From an uncultured Bacteroidales bacterium (GTDB lineage: Bacteria; Bacteroidota; Bacteroidia; Bacteroidales; UBA4417), in NCBI GenBank assembly GCA_903878265.1, contig CAIRHD010000560.1:1-50891 (forward strand): DNA of 50,891 bases. Direction: 5' to 3'. Position numbers and translations under genes: made by a program. Positions 24,278 to 33,086 of the stretch are shown piece by piece; the first letter of the stretch is position 1; each line of letters starts with the position of its first letter. Below the pieces are notes generated by a model that ran no database searches, was not told the origin of the DNA, and saw only the letters and a program-made list of their open reading frames with translations.

Positions 24278-26830
24278 TTATTTGAGCAATACCAGTTTTT
24301 TCACATCCTTAAAGCTGCCGCTTTGCAGGCTGTAGAAATAAATACCGGGAGTAAGTTTGGATGCATCCCATTCAATTTTATAAATACCTGGCATTTTGTT
24401 TTCGTTTACAAGGGTAGCCATTTTTGAGCCGTTGAGATCATATACATTCAAGCTGGTCATGCTGCCAGCAGTGTTTTCTGCTCCAATCGCATAAGTAATT
24501 TCCGTAGATCCCTTAAATGGGTTGGGATAATTTTGCGACAGACCTGAAGTGGCAGGCAATCCTTTTTGAATTTCTACATTACCTGGGCCGGGTGGATTCA
24601 GTAGCGAATTTCCTGACGTTTCTCCGGTTTGATCACCTTCGGAAGGCGATACAAATGTAACAGGACCGTCCTTACCCCCTACTAAAACATATTCAATTAC
24701 CTCATAAGTAAGACACCATAGTTTTGAATTTGGCGCTCCCACAGGTACCCACCAATTTTTCTGGTTTGACGATGGATTGATCCAAAAAGCTTTATAAACC
24801 AATCTTGTACAATCAGTTGAAATTGAAGTATCAGGCTCATTCAGGTTTGTTGAAATATCAATATCAGAACCTTCAACAGTGGTTGATGTACTCGTATATT
24901 CGAATTTCCCATAAGCACCGACAGCCATTTTTTTTACGTCCCACCCCAAAAGAGCTTCATATTCAATTTGTACTCCATTTGTGTTCTTATCAGTAGTTTC
25001 AACACCAAGTTCGGCTTCCCAACCACCACCAGTTTCGTGATCATAAGTCAAATCAACCGATTTCTGTGATCCAACCGCCGTATAATTGTTATATAAATCA
25101 ATAGTGTCTTTGACCTTCCTGTTAAAGAAAGTCATAGGATCCGAGGAATTTAAATTGAATTTTAAAGGCACAGCCACTTTGGTATAAATTTGATCTTTTA
25201 TATAAAAGCTGAAAGTTGAGTCAATTATCTGCCCAAGCATATCATAAATATAATAAATATCCACCGAAAGTATAGGGGCTAAATAAAGCAATGTCCCATA
25301 TGTTTGGTTAGCGTTTCCAGCCTCGCATTTATTAGTAATTGTAATTGTTTTTTTAGTCTCATTTTCCCATTTTCCCATATATCCGCCCTTAAATTCCCCT
25401 TTAAAAAACTTGGTTTCACACGTTGCCTTTATTCCCGTTTCAAATTTAAATTCATCAGTGCTTGAAGTTCCACTTGATTTCGAAAATTCTGCGGTTGATA
25501 TTACATTGCTATTATTCGCGTTCAAATACTCAGAATGCCCTGGAGTGTATGTATGATTAATATAATATGGCGGAGCTCCTTCAATATACCCGATATAGGT
25601 GACTCGCGAAGGATCCATTAATGTTGAATCCTTATGGAAATTGCCCATGCGTATGCTATCGGTTTCAGCCCATGCACTGTTTAGCGGCCAGTCACAATCG
25701 TCGTAGCCACGGTAAATAAGGCACATAAACTGTTTCATGCAGATATTGCCGGCCGGGACACCAACATTGGCCACGGTGAGGTTTAGTTGATGATCTGCCC
25801 ATTCATAAAACTGTTTGGTCAGGTTGCTTTCCTGTTTTGACCAGGATTCGGTATTTGTATTTAAGGTACGGTAACGCAATATCCGGTAGCTGCAATGGTT
25901 ATTATCTTTGGTATCAATCTTTGCAAATGCCTGAATGCATTTGCCACTGATGTTTCCATCTCCTGCTACACTACCTTCAGCAAGTGCAACGCATTGGAAA
26001 TCGTATGAAGCACTAATAAGTGTAGCAGCAGAGACAGCCACAAACTGACCGTTGTTAAATGTATATCTCGCACACATGGCTTTATGACGCTTCTTGTAGT
26101 TGGGATCCTTGGGACTCACATATCCTATCATGGCAATTTCTTCCCTTCTGTTGTTATAGGTGATATATGTTGTAACGGCCGAAAGCGATCCAAAACGTTC
26201 TCCATCGGCACCTCCGTTATAAATGTCCAGGAATTCACGATGCCATACCTGAAGTGCGTCATCTTCAGCCCACAGACACTCTAATCCATTGGGTCCTTGA
26301 TAAAAGACACATAATTTGTTTTGAAGCACCACTGCCACCATCCCTCCACTAACCAAATGGTCGTTATAAGAACTATTTATTGCAACGTGTGACTGCCAGC
26401 TATCTTTTACTGTTCCTGTTCCAGGAATGCAAACTGAGTAGCCAAGTTTGTTATTGTTAGACAGGAAAAAGCAATACAATGAATTTCTATATATCACCGG
26501 TGCCGGCTGATGGTAATGGTTACTCACATTATCCAAAGCTGAAATATTATCCTGTTTTTCCACTCCCAGTTCCATAGTACCGGGAGTACGATCGGTCTTT
26601 GGAGTGAGTATCCTTACTATGATTTTATCCCCGGAGCTGTAATAAATAAAATTATAAAGAGCGCCATTGTAAGGAACAGTTGAAGAATACCGGGAGAAAT
26701 CTGCAACATTTTCTTCGATGTTCGTGACCTGTCTTTGAAATATTCCCTTTGGAGGATCGTCATAGGCAAACAAAAGAGTTGGTATTAGTAGCAGTACCGA
26801 TGCGAGTATGGTAAATGTGATCTTTTTCAT
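24278..26830 (-). CDS. Large T9SS-secreted protein of unknown function (N-terminal propeller-like repeats, beta-rich middle region, type-A CTD)
   Basis: 850-aa ORF with a signal peptide (LLLIPTLLFAYD). Strand-like motifs recur about every 45-60 aa: NGALYNFIYY, RNSLYCFFL, QNKLCVFYQG, EEIAMIGYV, NGQFVAVSA, GKCIQAFAK, KQFMCLIYRG. The C-terminus GLSQNYPNPFKGSTEITYAIG...TPGIYFYSLQSGSFKDVKKLVLLK is a T9SS CTD. I recognised no catalytic motif. Confidence 0.75.
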   Translation of the reverse strand: MKKITFTILASVLLLIPTLLFAYDDPPKGIFQRQVTNIEENVADFSRYSSTVPYNGALYNFIYYSSGDKIIVRILTPKTDRTPGTMELGVEKQDNISALDNVSNHYHQPAPVIYRNSLYCFFLSNNNKLGYSVCIPGTGTVKDSWQSHVAINSSYNDHLVSGGMVAVVLQNKLCVFYQGPNGLECLWAEDDALQVWHREFLDIYNGGADGERFGSLSAVTTYITYNNRREEIAMIGYVSPKDPNYKKRHKAMCARYTFNNGQFVAVSAATLISASYDFQCVALAEGSVAGDGNISGKCIQAFAKIDTKDNNHCSYRILRYRTLNTNTESWSKQESNLTKQFYEWADHQLNLTVANVGVPAGNICMKQFMCLIYRGYDDCDWPLNSAWAETDSIRMGNFHKDSTLMDPSRVTYIGYIEGAPPYYINHTYTPGHSEYLNANNSNVISTAEFSKSSGTSSTDEFKFETGIKATCETKFFKGEFKGGYMGKWENETKKTITITNKCEAGNANQTYGTLLYLAPILSVDIYYIYDMLGQIIDSTFSFYIKDQIYTKVAVPLKFNLNSSDPMTFFNRKVKDTIDLYNNYTAVGSQKSVDLTYDHETGGGWEAELGVETTDKNTNGVQIEYEALLGWDVKKMAVGAYGKFEYTSTSTTVEGSDIDISTNLNEPDTSISTDCTRLVYKAFWINPSSNQKNWWVPVGAPNSKLWCLTYEVIEYVLVGGKDGPVTFVSPSEGDQTGETSGNSLLNPPGPGNVEIQKGLPATSGLSQNYPNPFKGSTEITYAIGAENTAGSMTSLNVYDLNGSKMATLVNENKMPGIYKIEWDASKLTPGIYFYSLQSGSFKDVKKLVLLK

Positions 26831-26859
26831 GTTTTTTCCTTTCTTTAAATTGATGACTA

Positions 26860-27741
26860 TTATAAAACTATCCTAAAACCTAAGTTTGAACGCAGTGGAT
26901 TGGGGAAGGAACTCTTTAAATACATAGACGCCCCTTTAATTAGGCGGTATTCAATGCCTGCAAAGCCGTAAAAGGATGCCCCTCTATAGCGGGAATCAAA
27001 TTCGGTCTTATTATAGAAATCATTTCCATCCGGATCGGTTGTACGGATGCTGACCTTATAAATGGAATGAACGGATTGATGTGTGAACCCAGCACCGGCA
27101 AAGGGCAGAAACTTGCCTAAAGGGTATGCCAATGCAAGATCCAGTTCCCAAAACATAGAATTTAAATCGGACGACAGTACTTTTTCGCTCGTGCTTGTGT
27201 TAGCAACAGGGGTGCCTGTTAAACAATAATTATATGTGAGTATGGTTAATAAGATCAGTTTTTTATAAACTGTTTTCTCATAATCTACAGCTCCGCCAAA
27301 GGTTAAAGCCGGGTATTGAGTGCTTAGGTATTGCGTATTTTCGTCCGAAACCCAGCTTTTAAAGTTAAAATGGGTAAGTCCGACATAAGCACTGATTCCC
27401 AAGCCGTTTAGCACCTGATATCCTACTTTCAGCCCCGACATGCCTGATTGGTATTCAGTCCCATAATTATCGTTGTATTCATCAAGGTCTTCCTGAAGAT
27501 AAACATCTTGAAACTCACCCTCAACCAATGAATGATAGTTGGTGTGTTCGACAAGTTCAAGATTTTTAAAGTGTGTGAACTCATAATAAGGAGTAATAAA
27601 AAAGGAGCCTTTTTTCGTGGCTGTATTACCAGCCTCTGGATTTGGCTTTAAAGCCGGGCTTTCGGTGCCGGGCAACTGGGCATTGCCATTTGTGTAAAGT
27701 AGGCAACCGAGTAGAAAGAAAAGTAGTAGTTTTTTTATCAT
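26860..27741 (-). CDS. Outer-membrane beta-barrel protein (OMP_b-brl-like), probably co-transcribed with the 24278..26830 CDS
   Basis: 293 aa with the signal peptide LLLFFLLGCLLYTNGNAQ. The mature part shows alternating hydrophobic/aromatic beta-strand patterning with G/Y/F-rich strand ends (GISAYVGLTHFNF, AGAGFTHQSV, FYGFAGIEYRL, NLGFRIVL). The gap to the next gene is 29 nt. Confidence 0.6.
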   Translation of the reverse strand: MIKKLLLFFLLGCLLYTNGNAQLPGTESPALKPNPEAGNTATKKGSFFITPYYEFTHFKNLELVEHTNYHSLVEGEFQDVYLQEDLDEYNDNYGTEYQSGMSGLKVGYQVLNGLGISAYVGLTHFNFKSWVSDENTQYLSTQYPALTFGGAVDYEKTVYKKLILLTILTYNYCLTGTPVANTSTSEKVLSSDLNSMFWELDLALAYPLGKFLPFAGAGFTHQSVHSIYKVSIRTTDPDGNDFYNKTEFDSRYRGASFYGFAGIEYRLIKGASMYLKSSFPNPLRSNLGFRIVL

Positions 27742-27939
27742 GGTTTTGTTGGGTTATTTAGTGTATGAATACTGGATTTTATAATGTTTTTTTTGAAGTG
27801 AGCTTTATTCTAATGACAGATTTTTCTGATTTACCACTGTCTTTTAGGTAGAAAATGATGCAATTAATAAATTAACAGTTTCCATTCGATTGAAACAATG
27901 TAAAATTATTTGATAACTTTCGATTATAAGGGACAAAAG

Positions 27940-27988
27940 GTAAATTTATATACCTAAAAAGTAAATAAAAAGTGGACAGAACGTAAAT
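27940..27988. promoter_or_regulatory. Three direct GTAAAT(A/T)(A/T)A repeats phased 21-22 bp apart in the divergent intergenic region; candidate operator
   Basis: ggtaaatttat starts at 27940, agtaaataaaa at 27961 and cgtaaataaac at 27983. They lie 90-135 nt upstream of the AraC-type gene ATG (28075). The function is inferred only. Confidence 0.3.
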
Positions 27989-28074
27989 AAACATGCAATT
28001 CGTCCCAGTAATCGAATATTGCACTATTTTTACCGGATAAAATTCGGGAAATAACCACTAAACCCAATTAGGAA

Positions 28075-29262
28075 ATGAATTCAAACAACATACTCGATTT
28101 TTCTAATTTGCTAAGGGTGTTTTTTTTGTTGTCACCCGTTTTTGTCAGCCTATTTTGGTCTATTGAGTTAAGAATAGTCAAGATAGATGGCGGAGTGCCT
28201 CAGCGGTTTCTGGCTAAGTTTATGATTATTTCAGCAATGCTCTTTTTTTTTCAATTTCTCTATTTTGCTCCCTTAGAAATACTTTTCCCTTATGCCGAAA
28301 TCCCTCTGGCTTTTCTTGGGTTAACAATTTTTCCTTTGTACCATATCTATTTCCGGATTTTAACAGTTGATAAAGAATTTTCCTTTAAAGCCCATGCCCG
28401 TTATCTGGTCGTCCCGGTGGTAATTGTTTCCATCTATAGTGTTGGGATAATTTTTACCGATAAAATGGAGTTCAACAATTTTCTGTTTAATCATACCCCA
28501 GGACCTTGGTCTGGAAATGTCAAATTCCTGAAAATGATGAGGGGTATCATAATTGCGACTTTCATGGTAGAGTTGATCCTGACTATTATTGGAAATCAAC
28601 TACTTCTTAGAAAAGGCGAAAACAAAGCAGCACACTATTATTCGGATATTAACGACGCTGAAAATAATTACGCCAAGGCAATCAATAAAACAATGATAGC
28701 AACAGCTATTGTTTCCATGTTTTTCAACAGTGTTGGCCGTTCACTTTTACTTTCACAAAATTTAATGCTTTATCTTGGGGGGTTGACATTTTCTGTTGCT
28801 ATCTATATTATAGGCAAGCAGGGTATTAGGGCAAAACTGTCATGCCCTGGATTTGACACAGAGAATCTGGATCAAAAACCCGGGAATTGGGAAAAAATCT
28901 CGTTAATTTCCGGCGACAAACTGCTCCAAAGGATTCTTTTTGAGTTTGAGCAAAATAAAATCTATCTCAACCCTGAACTAAACATCATGGATTTATCGAA
29001 AAAAATTGGCACAAACAGATCGTACCTGTCGTTGATCATCAATCAAAAGTATAATCAAAATTTCTGCACTTTTGTAAACGGATTCCGCATTCAGGAACTT
29101 GAAAAACGCATGATCGAAAACACAGATTGCAGCACGGTGAAATTGTCCGAAAGCTGTGGTTTTGGTTCCACAAAAACATTAAAACGTGCAGTCCTTGTCA
29201 AAACCGGATTATCATTCCCAGATTTTAGAAAGCAATTGCACAAATTAAAACAATTGAATTAG
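28075..29262 (+). CDS. Membrane-anchored AraC/XylS-family transcriptional regulator
   Basis: 395 aa. The N-terminal ~240 aa contain about 6-7 hydrophobic helices. The C-terminal ~100 aa form an AraC-type double HTH (LNIMDLSKKIGTNRSYLSLIINQK...VKLSESCGFGSTKTLKRAVLVKTG). Confidence 0.8.
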   Translation: MNSNNILDFSNLLRVFFLLSPVFVSLFWSIELRIVKIDGGVPQRFLAKFMIISAMLFFFQFLYFAPLEILFPYAEIPLAFLGLTIFPLYHIYFRILTVDKEFSFKAHARYLVVPVVIVSIYSVGIIFTDKMEFNNFLFNHTPGPWSGNVKFLKMMRGIIIATFMVELILTIIGNQLLLRKGENKAAHYYSDINDAENNYAKAINKTMIATAIVSMFFNSVGRSLLLSQNLMLYLGGLTFSVAIYIIGKQGIRAKLSCPGFDTENLDQKPGNWEKISLISGDKLLQRILFEFEQNKIYLNPELNIMDLSKKIGTNRSYLSLIINQKYNQNFCTFVNGFRIQELEKRMIENTDCSTVKLSESCGFGSTKTLKRAVLVKTGLSFPDFRKQLHKLKQLN

Positions 29263-29307
29263 ATTGGATTTTTTTCAAATTTGTTCCGGTTAAATAAAAA
29301 CAACCCT

Positions 29308-29859
29308 TTACACCATCTTTCTTCTCATAATATCCCTATCAATATCGCGCATCATCTTACTGCCAATGCCCCGAAAACCAGGCGTTCCATCCGCCATTTG
29401 AAATTCGATGGTATCGTACAATTCCTGGAGTATATCGGGTTCGGTAGCTGATAACCTGTACAAAATTTGCATGCAATACATTTTAACCGCAACGCTTTCG
29501 GTTGGCACCGACAACCAGTTGAATGCAATATCCAACAAAATGCCCTCGGTGTCTTTTGCAAATGGCAAGCGGGCAATCATTCGCAAGGCATGTCGTTTAA
29601 GGCCGTCGTGGCCAAAAAAAGGCAATTTTTCGATCAACCGAGGGAGAAACGGAATCACCCAATCGGGTTTGGTTTCCGATGTTGTGTCGATAATCCAGGC
29701 TGCCCTACGCGAAACAGGTTCTTCCATAGAAAGGTAAATTTCCCACAATTCGCTTACCAATTCGGGGCGCTTGTCCACTATGTCAGCAACAAAATCGGTA
29801 TAGGAACGGGAATTCCCTTTCAACAATAATTCCCTGAAATTATATGCTTTCAATTCCAT
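29308..29859 (-). CDS. Hypothetical all-alpha (HEAT/ARM-like) protein; the resemblance to DNA-alkylation-repair (AlkD-like) folds is unverified
   Basis: 183-aa ORF with a helical repeat character (VSRRAAWIIDT..., LKRHALRMIARLP..., VAVKMYCMQILYRL). No catalytic motif was recognised. Confidence 0.45.
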   Translation of the reverse strand: MELKAYNFRELLLKGNSRSYTDFVADIVDKRPELVSELWEIYLSMEEPVSRRAAWIIDTTSETKPDWVIPFLPRLIEKLPFFGHDGLKRHALRMIARLPFAKDTEGILLDIAFNWLSVPTESVAVKMYCMQILYRLSATEPDILQELYDTIEFQMADGTPGFRGIGSKMMRDIDRDIMRRKMV

Positions 29860-29995
29860 TTTTTACTTTTTAAGAATTTGTTTTTGTCTGCAGAAGCCGT
29901 TTACGGTTTGCCAAATTAACATAAAAAACCATCATATCTGTAAACTGAAAGCGTTTTTTAGCCAAATTTGCACTGTTTTAATGCTTGACCATTTT

Positions 29996-31831
29996 ATGAA
30001 AAAACGTATTGCCCTGTTTTTCCTTTACTTGCTTTTCTGGTACTTATTATTTGTTTTGGATCGGATTTTTTTTCTGCTCATCTATTTCGATCATTCTTCG
30101 CGACTAACTGCTATTGAGATATTAAAAACATTTATTTATGGGTTTAAACTCGATATTGCAATAGCTTCCTATATTGTATTCCTACCCTCATTATTGCTGA
30201 CTTTGACTTCATTTACAAATACAAAAATCGTAAAATACATTTATAATTTCTATACGATACTGCTTTTGTTTTTCATCACCATCATTGCCTTGGGCGACTT
30301 GTTCATGTACCGTCATTGGGGTTTTCGTATGGATGGCACACCGCTTTTTTATATGACCAATTTGAAAGCCATGACGGCAAGTGTTAGCACGATCACCGTT
30401 ATTTCAGGAGTTATTGGAATTTTATTCACCACATTAGTATTATATATCAGCTATTTAAAATTATTTTCACCTTTATTTGCTTCGATTGGAAAAGATAAAA
30501 AAGCAATATTTGTACTGCTGCCACTAACGCTGCTGTTGGGGGTGGTAATGCGTGGGGGCATTGGGATTGCAAGCCTCACAACAAGTACGGCCTATTTTTC
30601 GAAAATCCAATTCGCCAACCATGCTGCCATAAACCCTGTGTGGAATGTGGGTTTTTCACTGACGGAATCCGCTGATCTAAAAAGGAAATATGTTTATTTC
30701 AACGATTCGGAAATGAAACAAATCCTTGACCCCCTTCATGCCAAAGATGGCAAAACGCTTGAATTGCTCAAAACCGAACGGCCTAACATAATCCTCTTTA
30801 TAACCGAAAGCCTTACTGCCAAAGCCTTGGAAGCTACCGGTGGCAGAAAGGGGATTTTGCCAGAATTGAACAATCTCGTGAAAGAAGGCGTATTGTTCGA
30901 TCACATTTATGCCGCCGGCGACCGCACCGATAGAGGGATAGCCGCTGTTTTGGCTGGGTATCCCCCGCTCCCAGGATCTACGCCTTTAAAATATCAAAAA
31001 CTTACGCAGAAGTTGGCATCTATTCCCAGCAAGCTAAATGCAGCCGGTTATAAGAGCGAATTTTATTATGGTGGTACCTTGGAATTTGCCAATTACCGTT
31101 CGTTTTTAGTGCAGGCCGGTTTTGATAAAATGGTTTCTGACAAGGATTTCGCTCCAGAAGAGCTAAAATCGAAATGGGGAGCATTCGATCATGTTGTTTT
31201 TAACCGCTGCTTATCAGAAACTCCGGATACGGATACCAAATTTTTCAAGACAATACTTACCCTGACCAGCCACGAACCGTTTGAAACACCTGTACCAGTG
31301 GTTTTTAAAGGCAACGACACAGAAACAAAATACCTGAATTCCCTACACTATACGGATTGGGCCATTGGCGAGTTCATTAAAGAAGCTAAAACCAAAAAGT
31401 GGTGGGACAATACTTTGGTTATTATTATTGCTGACCATGGAAGCCAATTGCCAGGAAATTCGGAAATTGATGATAAAAACAAATACCATATACCCATGAT
31501 TTGGCTTGGTGGGGCTTTAAAAGTAAGCGATACCGTAATTGCAAGCCTTGCTTCACAAACTGATTTGGCGGCTACCCTTCTTGCCCAGCTTCATCTGAAT
31601 GCAGATGATTTTAAATTCAGCAAAAACATATTGACATCAGAATATATCCCTTATTCATTTTTTTCGTTTAACAACGGGTTTGGGTTTCAAAAAAATGAAA
31701 ACTTATTCATTTACAATACTTTGACCAACGAATATTCCAAGCCAGATTCGGTTAAAGATACTATAATGGAAATGGAAGGCAAAGCATATCTGCAGTCGCT
31801 TTACTTAGATTTTTTTAACAAAAACAAATAG
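29996..31831 (+). CDS. LTA-synthase-family sulfatase-fold membrane enzyme (phosphoglycerol/phosphoethanolamine-transferase-like)
   Basis: There are five N-terminal TM helices, then an extracytoplasmic sulfatase domain with NIILFITESLTAK (metal/nucleophile region), GDRTDRGIAAVLAG and IIIADHGSQL. The start could be either M at 29981 or M at 29996. Confidence 0.8.
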   Translation: MKKRIALFFLYLLFWYLLFVLDRIFFLLIYFDHSSRLTAIEILKTFIYGFKLDIAIASYIVFLPSLLLTLTSFTNTKIVKYIYNFYTILLLFFITIIALGDLFMYRHWGFRMDGTPLFYMTNLKAMTASVSTITVISGVIGILFTTLVLYISYLKLFSPLFASIGKDKKAIFVLLPLTLLLGVVMRGGIGIASLTTSTAYFSKIQFANHAAINPVWNVGFSLTESADLKRKYVYFNDSEMKQILDPLHAKDGKTLELLKTERPNIILFITESLTAKALEATGGRKGILPELNNLVKEGVLFDHIYAAGDRTDRGIAAVLAGYPPLPGSTPLKYQKLTQKLASIPSKLNAAGYKSEFYYGGTLEFANYRSFLVQAGFDKMVSDKDFAPEELKSKWGAFDHVVFNRCLSETPDTDTKFFKTILTLTSHEPFETPVPVVFKGNDTETKYLNSLHYTDWAIGEFIKEAKTKKWWDNTLVIIIADHGSQLPGNSEIDDKNKYHIPMIWLGGALKVSDTVIASLASQTDLAATLLAQLHLNADDFKFSKNILTSEYIPYSFFSFNNGFGFQKNENLFIYNTLTNEYSKPDSVKDTIMEMEGKAYLQSLYLDFFNKNK

Positions 31832-32209
31832 GTTGCAGTTGACAACCTATGGTTTAAGTCACCCCAATATGATTTTTTGTCTCATTCATAGAGTTCGTTC
31901 TATTGTTAGTTTAGTGGGTAAAATGATATTGTTGGAAGACGGGCATGCGAAGTACCCTTTAAAAAGGGATATATAAGAGCAAATATCAGATTGTACGACA
32001 ATTAACTATTATAGATCAGTTTTCATCCTGTTTGAAGTTCTACCATGTTAGAAGACACTTTGGTCTTCTGACCCCAAAAAAGCAAATTCCATCTAATTCG
32101 AGGTAGAACCAAAAAGTTTTGTTGAAAAACTACAGTTTTAGCCTATTCATTTTCTGTTGAAGCTTCATTTTCAATCAAGGCAATCCCATGTTTTGTATTC
32201 AATACTTAT

Positions 32210-32785
32210 CTATTTCAATTTTAGAATCTTATAATACCAGACCTTTGAATCCTGATGAACTTTCAAAGAATCCAATTCGGAGAATACCTTGCTTGCACCA
32301 AGCCAAATATTTGTGCTTTTTTCTGTATCGTACATCCCAATCAGGAAAACACCATCTTTTGCAAGATATTGACAATATCTTTTCAATAAATCTACTGGTT
32401 TTTTGCTATAATAAAGCACTTCATTAAATACTATTATTGCAAAAGGACTGTTTGCCGGCTCATACTTTTCCATGTCAGCTCCTATAAATAGGCTTTTCTC
32501 TCTTTTCTTGATCCGACTAATTGCAACTTCTGATAAATCTATCCCTTCGTAAAAAGAGTAATTGACTCCTATTGCATTCTCAAAAAAAACACCTTCGCCA
32601 CATCCTATCTCCAATATCTTTCCACCTTTTGTGTATTCAATAAGAAAATTTCTTGCAGCATTCAAACGCAGCATTTCTTGTGTTTTTAAGCCATCCCACT
32701 GCCCAACCGAATACTGATAATCCCATCTGTATTTATCGATGCGTAGCACTTTTCGCCTGATGAATGAAATAAATCTATTAGTCAT
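32210..32785 (-). CDS. Class I SAM-dependent methyltransferase
   Basis: 191 aa. Motif I reads KILEIGCGEGVFF, and a downstream acidic loop is IDLSEVAI. Confidence 0.75.
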   Translation of the reverse strand: MTNRFISFIRRKVLRIDKYRWDYQYSVGQWDGLKTQEMLRLNAARNFLIEYTKGGKILEIGCGEGVFFENAIGVNYSFYEGIDLSEVAISRIKKREKSLFIGADMEKYEPANSPFAIIVFNEVLYYSKKPVDLLKRYCQYLAKDGVFLIGMYDTEKSTNIWLGASKVFSELDSLKVHQDSKVWYYKILKLK

Positions 32786-33086
32786 TGCAGTTCAAAATTT
32801 AAACATAGAGTCCACTCCGATAAGTCTTTTTTCGCAACAAAATGTTACACTGAGCCTCAAAGTTTAGTCACAATTGCTTGTTTTCTGTGAGTTCGTGATA
32901 TCGCTATGTTAAGTTCACAAAGTGCATATTGCTGGTTAGCAATGTTTTGAAGCCATCACTTCGTTGTAGTATTACCTTAATTTTGGGTCTTTTAGAGTGG
33001 AATCAAATCCAAAACAAAAAAGCCAAAGCAAATATTGGTTTTTTTTTGCCAAAAGAAACTTTATCAAACTGCATAAGAACTATGAA

